Part shown: positions 19,729 to 28,626 of the stretch, one piece after another | Position numbering within the stretch: the first letter of the stretch is position 1 | Layout of the letters: every line of letters begins with the position of its first letter | Virus record (IMG/VR): IMGVR_UViG_3300044993_000765 | Span: 11,954 to 75,953 of that record | Source of the DNA: a virus | Direction: 5' to 3' (one strand) | Length of the DNA stretch: 64,000 nucleotides | Notes under the pieces: generated by a model | What the model was told of the DNA's origin: nothing | Databases searched by the model: none | The model's input: only the letters and a program-made list of their open reading frames with translations | Program-made: the position numbers and the translations under genes

Positions 19729-22227
19729 TCATCCGCCGCCATCGCCGCCGCTATCGGCAGGCGGAGCCATCGTTCGCGAACCGATCCGCATCACCGGCCC
19801 ACTCGGGCTGTCCAGACCTGCCGCCTCGGTTCGCGCCTGCTCCTGAGTCAGCGCCTCTTGGCGAGTCATCTGCACGTTTTGCGCAATCGCCGATGACTGC
19901 TCGATCGACTGCGAGAGCGCATGTTCCAGATTGATCGGAATTCTGCGGTGCGCCGGACTGTCGAGATCTCCCTGTACGATGAACAGGGTCTCAGGGCGTC
20001 CCGTCTGCGGATCGATGCGGCTGCTCGGCACGACATGATCGATGCCGGAGAAGTTCCATCCCTTGGCGGACAACGCCTCGGCGACAACGGAGGCGCCCAA
20101 TGTCGCGCGCTCGTGCTGCGTCAGCCCCATACCGGGCGCGGTCTCGATCCTCGACAATGCAGTCTGTGCCTGGAGGTAAAGCAGGTGCGCGGCGTGCCCG
20201 GGTTCGTTCAGCAGCGAAGGTTGCGGCGGGGTCCGGGTGTCTTCGCCGTGCAGCGCCTCCGACTCAGTCTCCGTCGGCTTTTTCCCGGGCGACGCCAGCG
20301 AAGGGTATTTCGCCATCAGCGCGGACTCGTATGCCTCCACCTTCGCTTCCACACTCGGTACCACCGTATCGTTGAGGTGCCGCTGGAACGACTCCATGCC
20401 GCTTCCGATGCCTTCCCTTACCACATAAGCCGTTTTGGGGGCCGCACCAGGTAGGGCATGCGCTGCGACGGCATTCTCCTTGAGCGCATAGCCCGCAACC
20501 GCAGCCGCGCCTGCTACCGGCGCATACTCGCTTACCTGCGCCAGCCTGTCACTGGCGATCTCCAGTACTTCACTCAGCGACTTGCCCGCGTAGATCGTGG
20601 CATCACCCTGCAGTCGTGCACCCTTCACCGCCACCGTGTCCAGCACATCGGCCACGGCGTCCGCGTTCTGCCGTATCGCTGCGGCGTCCTGGTTGGCGTC
20701 GCGCAGTGCCTGACCGGCTTCGGCCCGATTGCGCTGTCGCGCCTCGGTGCCGTCACGCTGCAGATCGTCCGCACGGCGGTCCGCCCAACGCTGTAGGCCG
20801 TCCGGCAGAAGGTCGATATCGCCGATGTTGCGCAGGACGCCGGCCCCGGCTGCCGCACTGCGCGCCCTCACTTCGCCCTGAAGCAGATCGATAGACGCCT
20901 CGATCGTGCCGGCGATTTCGCGGACATCCGACGAAGCCTCGCCGCTGGTGCGCACACCGGCCGCGGTCGCGCGCCCCAGGGCACGGCCTGCCTGCGCCTG
21001 AAGCTCACCCGCGAGGTTCGCGGCTGCGCGCACGCCATCGCTCTGCGCATTCAACGACGATGCATACAGCTTGCCGCCGACTTCGGCCCACTCACCGACT
21101 TCATTGCCCACACGCGCCGCCGCTGCCTCACGATGCGCGAGGTCCAGCAACGGACCAGCGAAGCTGGACACACCGGAGAAACTCGGCACGTCCGGACGCG
21201 GCACCAGCGCGCTATTGGGGTCGTCGGGGTCGCTGCGCTGCATCGGTCGCATCGGGACCACGCGCCCCGACGCCAGCGGCATGTCGCGCAGCAAGGTTTC
21301 GGTGTCGCCAGTCGCCAACTGGTCCACGAACGCACCGAACGAGACGCGCGCATGCGGCGGCATCATGTGTTCGACCCGCGCCTTCAGCTCGTCGCGCACC
21401 TCGTCGGGCACGTTCTGCAGGATGGTCGCACTGTGCCGCATCACCTCGGCCAGTTGCCGGTTGTGGAACGCATCCAGGCGATCGACGTTGTAGACCACGC
21501 CATCGCTGAGCACCTCGCCCTGGACTTGGTAGGCAAGAATGTGCGCATTCGGATCGTAGAGTCGCGCACCTGGATTGCGGTCGACAAAATCGCGGGCGGT
21601 ATCGGGATGCAGCGGCGCCGCATTGAACGTCACGGCACGTTCGCCGCTGACCGATACGGCCGCCGAGGCCAGGCCCCCTCCGAGAGAGTGGCCGGTGTAA
21701 TCGACACGCACTCCAAACTGCCTGAAATCTCTCGCCAGCTCCATTGCGCGATCGTAGTAGTCGGTACGCGAGCCTATCGTCTGCGGCCCGTTGATGCCTG
21801 CGAAGTCTTCGAGCGTCGTGTCGCGCGTGGTGCCGTCCGCGAGTTCGATCGGCCCGGAAGACCCTTTGAAGGCCACCGTGGGCTTGAAGCCCGGCCCAAG
21901 AATCTCCAGATCGGGCAGGTAGATCTCGGCGCGGAAACCTGATCGCTCTGGCTTCAGATACTTCGTGATCGCATCATTGTCAAGATGCGAAAAAGCAGTA
22001 ACTTGCTGGCGCAAAAGATCAAGATTTTCACTGCCGCGTATCCATCCCGCCGGTGGCTGACCTTCGCCTGCTGCAGAAAGGTAGACGTCCTGGCCCAGGT
22101 AGGACATTTCAGCGTCGTAGTGCAACGATTGTAGCTTCTGCAGATCGGCCAGTGCCTCTGGTGTCCCAATGGATTGCAGCCGTTCACGGAGGACGCGACG
22201 GTGTTCCAGCTCTGTGGGGGACGTCAT
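19729..22227 (-). CDS. X-T4SS effector: lipase/phospholipase (alpha/beta hydrolase) with C-terminal XVIPCD
   Basis: YTGHSLGGGLA nucleophile elbow; IDHVVPS...FIVQGDLDSPAHRR...QSIEQSS is XVIPCD-like. Confidence 0.82.
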   Translation of the reverse strand: MTSPTELEHRRVLRERLQSIGTPEALADLQKLQSLHYDAEMSYLGQDVYLSAAGEGQPPAGWIRGSENLDLLRQQVTAFSHLDNDAITKYLKPERSGFRAEIYLPDLEILGPGFKPTVAFKGSSGPIELADGTTRDTTLEDFAGINGPQTIGSRTDYYDRAMELARDFRQFGVRVDYTGHSLGGGLASAAVSVSGERAVTFNAAPLHPDTARDFVDRNPGARLYDPNAHILAYQVQGEVLSDGVVYNVDRLDAFHNRQLAEVMRHSATILQNVPDEVRDELKARVEHMMPPHARVSFGAFVDQLATGDTETLLRDMPLASGRVVPMRPMQRSDPDDPNSALVPRPDVPSFSGVSSFAGPLLDLAHREAAAARVGNEVGEWAEVGGKLYASSLNAQSDGVRAAANLAGELQAQAGRALGRATAAGVRTSGEASSDVREIAGTIEASIDLLQGEVRARSAAAGAGVLRNIGDIDLLPDGLQRWADRRADDLQRDGTEARQRNRAEAGQALRDANQDAAAIRQNADAVADVLDTVAVKGARLQGDATIYAGKSLSEVLEIASDRLAQVSEYAPVAGAAAVAGYALKENAVAAHALPGAAPKTAYVVREGIGSGMESFQRHLNDTVVPSVEAKVEAYESALMAKYPSLASPGKKPTETESEALHGEDTRTPPQPSLLNEPGHAAHLLYLQAQTALSRIETAPGMGLTQHERATLGASVVAEALSAKGWNFSGIDHVVPSSRIDPQTGRPETLFIVQGDLDSPAHRRIPINLEHALSQSIEQSSAIAQNVQMTRQEALTQEQARTEAAGLDSPSGPVMRIGSRTMAPPADSGGDGGG

Positions 22228-23147
22228 GGGTTCCCCTCATCGAGTTCTGGCAACAGGACTTTCGACTCGTCTGTTTCAAATCCGAATGCCTCCCGATCCC
22301 GCCGGTAGTGGTCCGGCAACGGGGGGCGCTTGAATCCCTTGTTCAGCACCCACTGCTGGCACTTGATCTGCCATTCCCGTCCTTCTCCCGGATCCATGGG
22401 TTTCCAGAAAATGGACTCCATTATCAGCGATCGGTGGCTCTGGCCCGGCGGCAAAAAATTTCTAGGATTTGGGTCTGCTCCCTTTTGCAGCAGCCAGTAA
22501 GCTTTCTTGAACGCACCACGGCTAGAATAATTATGAAGAATTGTCCCGATGCCAGTGATGGCGTTGACATCAGCCCCACGCTCAACCAGTAGCTGCACGT
22601 TCTGCCACTGGTCCTGCCAGATAAAGGCTTGAAAGAGCAGCGTCTCATTGTTGACATTCCGTGTATTCGGATCGCCGCCGTGATCGAGCAGATGACGCAG
22701 ATAGATGGGGTCTTCCTGCTTCGCTGCCCATACCAGAGCATTGTCATTGTTCCGCGCGGGACGATCTGGCGACACGGGATAAGGCAACGCCGCATTCGGA
22801 TCTGCGTCGTTCTCCAGCATCGCCTTCAACCCCTCCGGATTTTTGGTGAAGATCGGCCACGCCAGCAGCGGCATGCCTTCGGGCGAGAAATGCTTGTCCG
22901 GATCGACGCCCTCCTCCTTCATCAGCCGACGCACCTCGGCGGCATCGCCAAATTCCGCGGCGACCGCCAATGCCTGGGCGCCCTTGTCCGGGTACCACGT
23001 CTCCAGGCTGCGGGTGTGCGCCGATTTGGCGGCAGGAGGCAGCGGCTCCAGCAGGCAGCCGCTGATTGTCATTTGCACCAGCAATAGGACAACAACCAGC
23101 AGAGCCTTCACATGCAGTTCCTTTTTGAGTAGAGGAGGCGGTTTCAT
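22224..23147 (-). CDS. Ankyrin-repeat lipoprotein, probable cognate immunity protein
   Basis: Signal peptide with lipobox-like ISGC; LLENDADPN/GGDPN/GADVNA repeats; ATGA overlap with the effector. Confidence 0.8.
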   Translation of the reverse strand: MKPPPLLKKELHVKALLVVVLLLVQMTISGCLLEPLPPAAKSAHTRSLETWYPDKGAQALAVAAEFGDAAEVRRLMKEEGVDPDKHFSPEGMPLLAWPIFTKNPEGLKAMLENDADPNAALPYPVSPDRPARNNDNALVWAAKQEDPIYLRHLLDHGGDPNTRNVNNETLLFQAFIWQDQWQNVQLLVERGADVNAITGIGTILHNYSSRGAFKKAYWLLQKGADPNPRNFLPPGQSHRSLIMESIFWKPMDPGEGREWQIKCQQWVLNKGFKRPPLPDHYRRDREAFGFETDESKVLLPELDEGNP

Positions 23148-23257
23148 TGACGGTATCGCCCTTTTCTCATCGATACGATCCGTTTCGAGATACCCATTCC
23201 CTGTTTCAAGGCGGCATTCGGATACACATTACTGCCATAGACGGTCCTCGATTTCGT

Positions 23258-23860
23258 TCACGGGCTCCCGAAAACAACATTCGGTATATCTTCGCGCATC
23301 GCCCCTTGCCTGCCGCGCTGAATGTACATGATTTCCTGCCAGATTTCCTCGCCCATCGATCTGCTGAATGCGACACCGAGACGATAGCTCTCCTGCATTT
23401 GCTTCGGTGAATTTTCGACCAGCTTGCGGCCCAACGGAGACGAAAAGAATGCAATCAGTCCTCTGATGTCATCGCGGCTATAGTGCCGGTCGTAAAGCGC
23501 GGCCATGATCTCCATCAACTCCGGAAGTCTTCTCTCCATGACACGCTCAGAAACGGCCCTGTAATCCCGTGAGAGGGGTTTTGCAGACGCGCCGGCGTCG
23601 TCGCCCCCTTCTCCAGCGCGCATGGATTTCTCCGTTTCCTCGAACATCATTTGATACATCCGCCTGAAGCTCTCCTCCTCATTCGTAAGTTTCATCAGCC
23701 TCACAATATCCGCATGTTTTTCGCCGGCAGCGTCCTGCGCAGACGCGACCGGCATCACGCATATGAGTAGCAGCGCAGTCAGCCATCCCGCCAGCATGTA
23801 TTTGATTCTCCTGTGACTTGTAACGTCGCGGCCTTGCGTCCCGCCCATGTCTTCCCCCAT
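23258..23860 (-). CDS. DUF2059-like exported protein (start uncertain)
   Basis: LYDRHYSRDDIRGLIAFFSSPLGRKLV motif; signal peptide. Confidence 0.75.
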   Translation of the reverse strand: MGEDMGGTQGRDVTSHRRIKYMLAGWLTALLLICVMPVASAQDAAGEKHADIVRLMKLTNEEESFRRMYQMMFEETEKSMRAGEGGDDAGASAKPLSRDYRAVSERVMERRLPELMEIMAALYDRHYSRDDIRGLIAFFSSPLGRKLVENSPKQMQESYRLGVAFSRSMGEEIWQEIMYIQRGRQGAMREDIPNVVFGSP

Positions 23861-24052
23861 TAAGGTTTCTGCTTGGTTTGCAATACCAAATGATTCATGA
23901 TCGCGTGCTTGATCGGTACCGCTTGTTCAGCACAGCACCCACAGCGCCGCCGCCAGAGCGCATTTGCCCGACCATTCCAGTATCTGCGGCCATTTTTTTC
24001 GCCACGACCACCACCACTTATCCGGTCGCATACAGATTGTCTGTCGCCGCAT

Positions 24053-24499
24053 TCATGCCGCTGCGCGGGGAGAGGCCGACAGGTTCACATGCCGCATCCA
24101 TTCGCCCATCGTGATCTGCGGGGGGCATTTCCCTGCCGCGATCTGCTTCTTCAGACGGATTTCTTCGCGATCTACCGCTATCGATCGAGGCGCGACTACC
24201 CCGATGCGCACCTGCCTGTTGCGCAGTGCCGAAAAACCTAGATATGTCGGCTTGAACGAGACGCTGACATCTGCGTCTCCCACCTCAAAGCGATCCTGGC
24301 TTAGCAGGGTGAGGAGATAGAAAGAGGTCCCGTCGCCCAGAGCCGCGCCTCGCATTTTCACGCCGTTGACGATCAGCGGTACCGAAGGGGGCGCGAGCAC
24401 ACCCAGCATGACGTGGTAGCACAGCTTGTCGTAGACGGTGAGACAGATACTGTCTCCGATGTATATCGTCTCGCCCACCCTGCGCGTGAGGATTAGCAT
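24053..24499 (-). CDS. Single-chain tandem CsrA/RsmA-like protein
   Basis: Begins MLILTRRVGETIYIGD; second repeat ends QVRIGVVAPRSIAVDREEI. Confidence 0.8.
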   Translation of the reverse strand: MLILTRRVGETIYIGDSICLTVYDKLCYHVMLGVLAPPSVPLIVNGVKMRGAALGDGTSFYLLTLLSQDRFEVGDADVSVSFKPTYLGFSALRNRQVRIGVVAPRSIAVDREEIRLKKQIAAGKCPPQITMGEWMRHVNLSASPRAAA

Positions 24500-24903
24500 C
24501 GCGTGCTCTCCTGCCGTGGCATTGCCCACTGTTGTGCCATATCTGACGGATCGGCATCGCCCGTGTGCTCGTAACTGACACGAATTGCTGCGGGCGTCGC
24601 AATCCCGACATGAACACAGTCCACGCAGTCTGCAGCCAGCGATACGACATCGCCAGGCAGCCAGATCGCGATGAGGATGTCGTCGATACGAAAACGGCGG
24701 ACACGTCGAAGCGAGAAGTAGTAAGCCTGTCTGTCATTCGACATCGATAGAGGACTGATCGTCGCACCATCGAAAAGCAGTTCCGACCCAACGGGCGCGA
24801 ATACGCTGACCGCGATCCGATCCTTTTCCCGTCCGCTGACCGCGACCTGCACGTCATTGCCGACATGGACCACCCCTCCCAATTTGCAGGTCATCACCAA
24901 CAT
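24493..24903 (-). CDS. Degenerate tandem CsrA-like protein
   Basis: MLVMTCKLGGVVHVGNDVQV...; homolog of 46315..46761. Confidence 0.65.
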   Translation of the reverse strand: MLVMTCKLGGVVHVGNDVQVAVSGREKDRIAVSVFAPVGSELLFDGATISPLSMSNDRQAYYFSLRRVRRFRIDDILIAIWLPGDVVSLAADCVDCVHVGIATPAAIRVSYEHTGDADPSDMAQQWAMPRQESTRC

Positions 24904-25070
24904 GCGTCCAAGCTCCCTGTTCAGTGAGCGCGACATGGCAGGGCCACCCCGCCCGTCATAACTCAGGGACCAAAATACACCATTGGTTTATTATAATGCA
25001 ACCGTGGTCTTTACATCTCCCGGCTCACGTCGTCTAATCCCTGCCGCCCCTCCTCTCCGACCCGGCTCCC

Positions 25071-25721
25071 ATGGATTCCTTCGCCCAGGCTCTTTCCGAC
25101 GCCATCGACGACTCCGGCATGCGTGGTGACTTCATCGCCAAGCAGGTCGGCACGACTGCGAACCGCCTTTCGCAGTGGAAGAACGGTCGTCGACCAGTGC
25201 CGGCGCACTACGCGCCCACGCTCGCCGCCGTGCTCGAAGTGCCGCCGGAAAGGATCAGCAGCGCATATGCAAAAGTGATCGAAGCTGGGCTTTCGATTGA
25301 TTCTGCAAATCGATCAACACCGATACCGAGCGGCAACGTCCGTATCCCGAGGCTCGCCGATTTCGGTCGACCCGAAGCTATGGACGACTGCTATCTCCTT
25401 GAAGTCATTGCGCGTCGGAAGCTGGGGACCACACCTGTCGATGACTGCCGCTGGGCTCTGCAGCCCAATGCGGCCATGTCGCCGCTGATCGAGCGGGACT
25501 GCGTGCTGCTCATCGATACGCGCGTCACCCGCCATGCCGACATCATGGACGGGGCGGTGTATGCATTCACCCTCTGGGGACGATCTGATGTCCGCCGGAT
25601 CTTCGTCAGGCGAGATCAGTTGCTGCTGGCTGCCCATAGCTCTGAAGTCGAGCGCATCGAAGTCCATGGCGATGATTTGGCTGATCTCCATCTGCATGGC
25701 ATGGTTGTGGGCTGGCTTTGA
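25071..25721 (+). CDS. XRE HTH regulator with S24/LexA-like C-terminal domain lacking the catalytic dyad
   Basis: IAKQVGTTANRLSQWKNGRRP HTH; NAAMSPLI...VLLID...DVRRI. Confidence 0.8.
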   Translation: MDSFAQALSDAIDDSGMRGDFIAKQVGTTANRLSQWKNGRRPVPAHYAPTLAAVLEVPPERISSAYAKVIEAGLSIDSANRSTPIPSGNVRIPRLADFGRPEAMDDCYLLEVIARRKLGTTPVDDCRWALQPNAAMSPLIERDCVLLIDTRVTRHADIMDGAVYAFTLWGRSDVRRIFVRRDQLLLAAHSSEVERIEVHGDDLADLHLHGMVVGWL

Positions 25722-25824
25722 AAGCCCGCAAGCTTGCGACTTCCGGCGCAGTTTGCTTTACGATCCGTAGCAGTCCACAAATTCGGGACCGGCAAGCGGC
25801 GCCAGGACGCAGGGGAACTGAGGC

Positions 25825-27381
25825 ATGGAAGGCAACAGATGGATCATGTTCGGCAGAGGCCTGTCAGCGTCGGCGGGCTACTGCGCGGCCTATTGGCTTC
25901 TGTGGCAAGCATCCTTTGACCAGTGGTTCCTCCCGGCAGGTTTGCGGGCGACGGTCTTTCTGCTCGCCCCCTTGCGATATTGGCCCTATCTGCTGGTCGG
26001 CGACGCTGCCGCTCTACTCATCATCCGAGCCCCCATGGCCAGTGATTATGGAGCGACTTGGGCTTACCTCAGCCCGTTCTTGCTCGCGCCCTGGGTCACT
26101 TCCGCCGTATTGTCGCTAAGAAGGCTTCTGCCTACCCTAGAACGGCAGGTATCGTGGCTCCCTGCCGCGGGCATTGCCTTGGCCATCTGGGGGACGCTCG
26201 GGAACGTCGCCATCAACGCCGTCCTGTCCGGCCCGTCTTCCTTCGATACTTTCGACAAGGCTTCGAACTTTGCGGTCGGGAATTACCTCGGGATTCTGCT
26301 CCTCGCGCTCCCGGGTTACTTCTTCACGATGGGCAAGCACCGGAAGTTGAAAGGCAGCATCTTCATTCGCGACACCGGAATCGGAGTTCTGCTGGTCGTC
26401 GGAATCTACGCAGCGATCTCTCTTTACGACTTCAGCATGACATCAAGGCAAGTCCTGATGATGTTGATGTTTCTGCCGGCGGCAGGCTTGACGCTTCTGC
26501 ACGGATGGAGAGGGGCGGCAGCCGGCGTGTTCATGGTCAACCTCGCGATCGCGCAGACCATGACCTATACAGGAGAAGAAGCCACCCGAGACCTTGATGT
26601 CTTTGTCGTCCAGTGCGCATTGACCATCGCCGCGATCGTCCTTCTGGCGATTGGAACGAAGATTTCTTTACTCTACAACCGCGCGAGGCAGCTTGGCATT
26701 TCCGAAAAGCGCGCCCTGGAAATGACTCGCTCCAGCCTTTTCATCGGCGAAAACAACCTGCGTGAACAGGTGCTCTTCATGGCGCAGATGCATGTCTACA
26801 TGCACGAGCAACGGACACAACTGGTCGAACTATACAGGGCGCAGGGCAAATTCACGGAAGCGATGCTACTGAACAGCGCAACCGTAGAACACATGCAATC
26901 TTTCGAGAGTCGCGCCGCTGCGATTTACCCATTGAAGATCGAAGAAGTCGGACTCTATCGCGTCATTTTTCCGGATGCCTTCACCGATTTCTGGGCGGGA
27001 GATGCAGAGGTCATCTACTCTAACGCAGTCGGCATGCCGCGCACTCTTTCTGTCGACCTGCAACTGACCGCTTATCGCTGTATCTGCAATGCCTTTACGG
27101 TGCTCGCCCAAAGCGCACCGAAGCAATACGTCGTCAAACTGCGCACATGGAAACGGCGCGGACATCGCGGTATCGTGTTCAAGGTCATCGCAAACTACGC
27201 AGGCTCGCCTCAGATCACACGATCCGGTGCGATGGCCGAGATCGATCTCGAACGGAGAGTCAAGGCGTATGGAGGCGCCATGGCGCGCAAGCAGCTTCAC
27301 TGCGTCCATGTGATGCTATGGGAGCCGACGACTGACGAATCGGCTCCCACAGCAGACGAGGTCCTGCCGTCAGAAAGATGA
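25825..27381 (+). CDS. MASE1-domain membrane sensor with degenerate UhpB-like kinase region
   Basis: WFLPAGLR...YWPYLL and LHGWRGA MASE1 motifs; multiple TM helices. Confidence 0.8.
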   Translation: MEGNRWIMFGRGLSASAGYCAAYWLLWQASFDQWFLPAGLRATVFLLAPLRYWPYLLVGDAAALLIIRAPMASDYGATWAYLSPFLLAPWVTSAVLSLRRLLPTLERQVSWLPAAGIALAIWGTLGNVAINAVLSGPSSFDTFDKASNFAVGNYLGILLLALPGYFFTMGKHRKLKGSIFIRDTGIGVLLVVGIYAAISLYDFSMTSRQVLMMLMFLPAAGLTLLHGWRGAAAGVFMVNLAIAQTMTYTGEEATRDLDVFVVQCALTIAAIVLLAIGTKISLLYNRARQLGISEKRALEMTRSSLFIGENNLREQVLFMAQMHVYMHEQRTQLVELYRAQGKFTEAMLLNSATVEHMQSFESRAAAIYPLKIEEVGLYRVIFPDAFTDFWAGDAEVIYSNAVGMPRTLSVDLQLTAYRCICNAFTVLAQSAPKQYVVKLRTWKRRGHRGIVFKVIANYAGSPQITRSGAMAEIDLERRVKAYGGAMARKQLHCVHVMLWEPTTDESAPTADEVLPSER

Positions 27382-27819
27382 CGGTGTGCGCACCTGCCAG
27401 CGTTGGGTCGCGCCATCCTGGTACAGGATCACTTCCACGTCTTCCGAGCGGAACAGGACCTTGGGCACGCCAGCCGGCTGTGTTTCCGCCTGGATGGTCA
27501 CGCGATCGACATCGCTCCCGATTGGCATGGTCCAGAACGTGTCGCCGATACGGCCCACGGCCGCTCGGACATTGCCGTATTGGTCATTGATCTGGGTATA
27601 GCGAATGCCGTCCCTCTGGAATTCGTAGACCTGCCACGCGGCATCCGCTGCGAGATCCGGCGCAACCGGGAACTCCTGGCCGAGACCGGATTGGGCAGCC
27701 GGAGCCCCGGCCCCATCGCTGGGACACCCGCACTTTGCATGGACCACCGGGGTCGCGAGAACAGCCATCAGGCCGATGAGCGTGAGACCGCGCGTTCTTG
27801 AAGCAACCTTGAAAATCAT
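27370..27819 (-). CDS. Small secreted protein, KCGCPxDG family
   Basis: Sec signal ending VHA; clear homolog of 49239..49691. Confidence 0.8.
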   Translation of the reverse strand: MIFKVASRTRGLTLIGLMAVLATPVVHAKCGCPSDGAGAPAAQSGLGQEFPVAPDLAADAAWQVYEFQRDGIRYTQINDQYGNVRAAVGRIGDTFWTMPIGSDVDRVTIQAETQPAGVPKVLFRSEDVEVILYQDGATQRWQVRTPSSF

Positions 27820-27958
27820 GACTAACTCCTTGTATTCCGTCGAAAAACAGGGATGGCGTTACCGGCAGGAGATGCCGGCGACACCGATTTGGGATACCCG
27901 CTCCATTGGTTTGCGGGCCACTTGACGGTAACACCGGAGTCAGCACATACGCTGCCGG

Positions 27959-28594
27959 TCAATTGCCCGTGTCCGGGCGCAGAACGACCGCCGAAACGGT
28001 CAAGCGCAACCGGGTGAGGATCTCGGCCGGAAGCGTGTTGACGATCAGGACCAATGCATCGGCTCGCGAAAGCCAGTTCCCGACCGCGACCCAGCCCGAT
28101 GCGACCACACCCCCGTTGATCTCCGTGGAGGGGATGCCCTCCCGGACCGACCCGAGAGTAAAGGCCACCCCCTCCTCCGGGACTTCGACCTTCCAGTAGA
28201 CCCCGAGCAGAAAGCAGTCCGGCGGGATCACGACCGGATAGATCGTGTCGTTTTCGGCCAGCGGATGGCAGGCCAGGTACTGCTGAAGACCGACCTGAAG
28301 CCGGCCGGTGTTTTCGGTCGGAAGCAGGCAGTCCTGACGCAGGGTGTACCCGGTATCGATGAGCGCCGGATAGAAGTCCAGTGTTCGCGAAAGGCCATAG
28401 GCCACATGGATCTTGTGGCCCGCCGCTTCGGTCCGGACCGCATCGAGCAGCTCGGTGGTCATGGGGGCATTGGGATCGATCGACATTGGACAGTCGTCCG
28501 CGCAAGCATCGCCGGCCCAGCCGGCCACGTTCTGCGGGAACAACACGTCCTGCGGGGTTTGCCCGCCCCCGTGATACAGATGATGATGTGCCAT
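27959..28594 (-). CDS. Putative capsid-associated/decoration protein
   Basis: Immediately downstream of the major capsid gene; GAGGA SD. Confidence 0.55.
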   Translation of the reverse strand: MAHHHLYHGGGQTPQDVLFPQNVAGWAGDACADDCPMSIDPNAPMTTELLDAVRTEAAGHKIHVAYGLSRTLDFYPALIDTGYTLRQDCLLPTENTGRLQVGLQQYLACHPLAENDTIYPVVIPPDCFLLGVYWKVEVPEEGVAFTLGSVREGIPSTEINGGVVASGWVAVGNWLSRADALVLIVNTLPAEILTRLRLTVSAVVLRPDTGN

Positions 28595-28626
28595 GGTGGT
28601 TTCCTCTGTGGATGAGTCGCCTGCAA

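Noticed and set aside
23147-23155. Third ttgacggta match at the start of the ankyrin gene
   Set aside because: Only 9 bp and no equivalent before the satellite immunity gene; could be chance.
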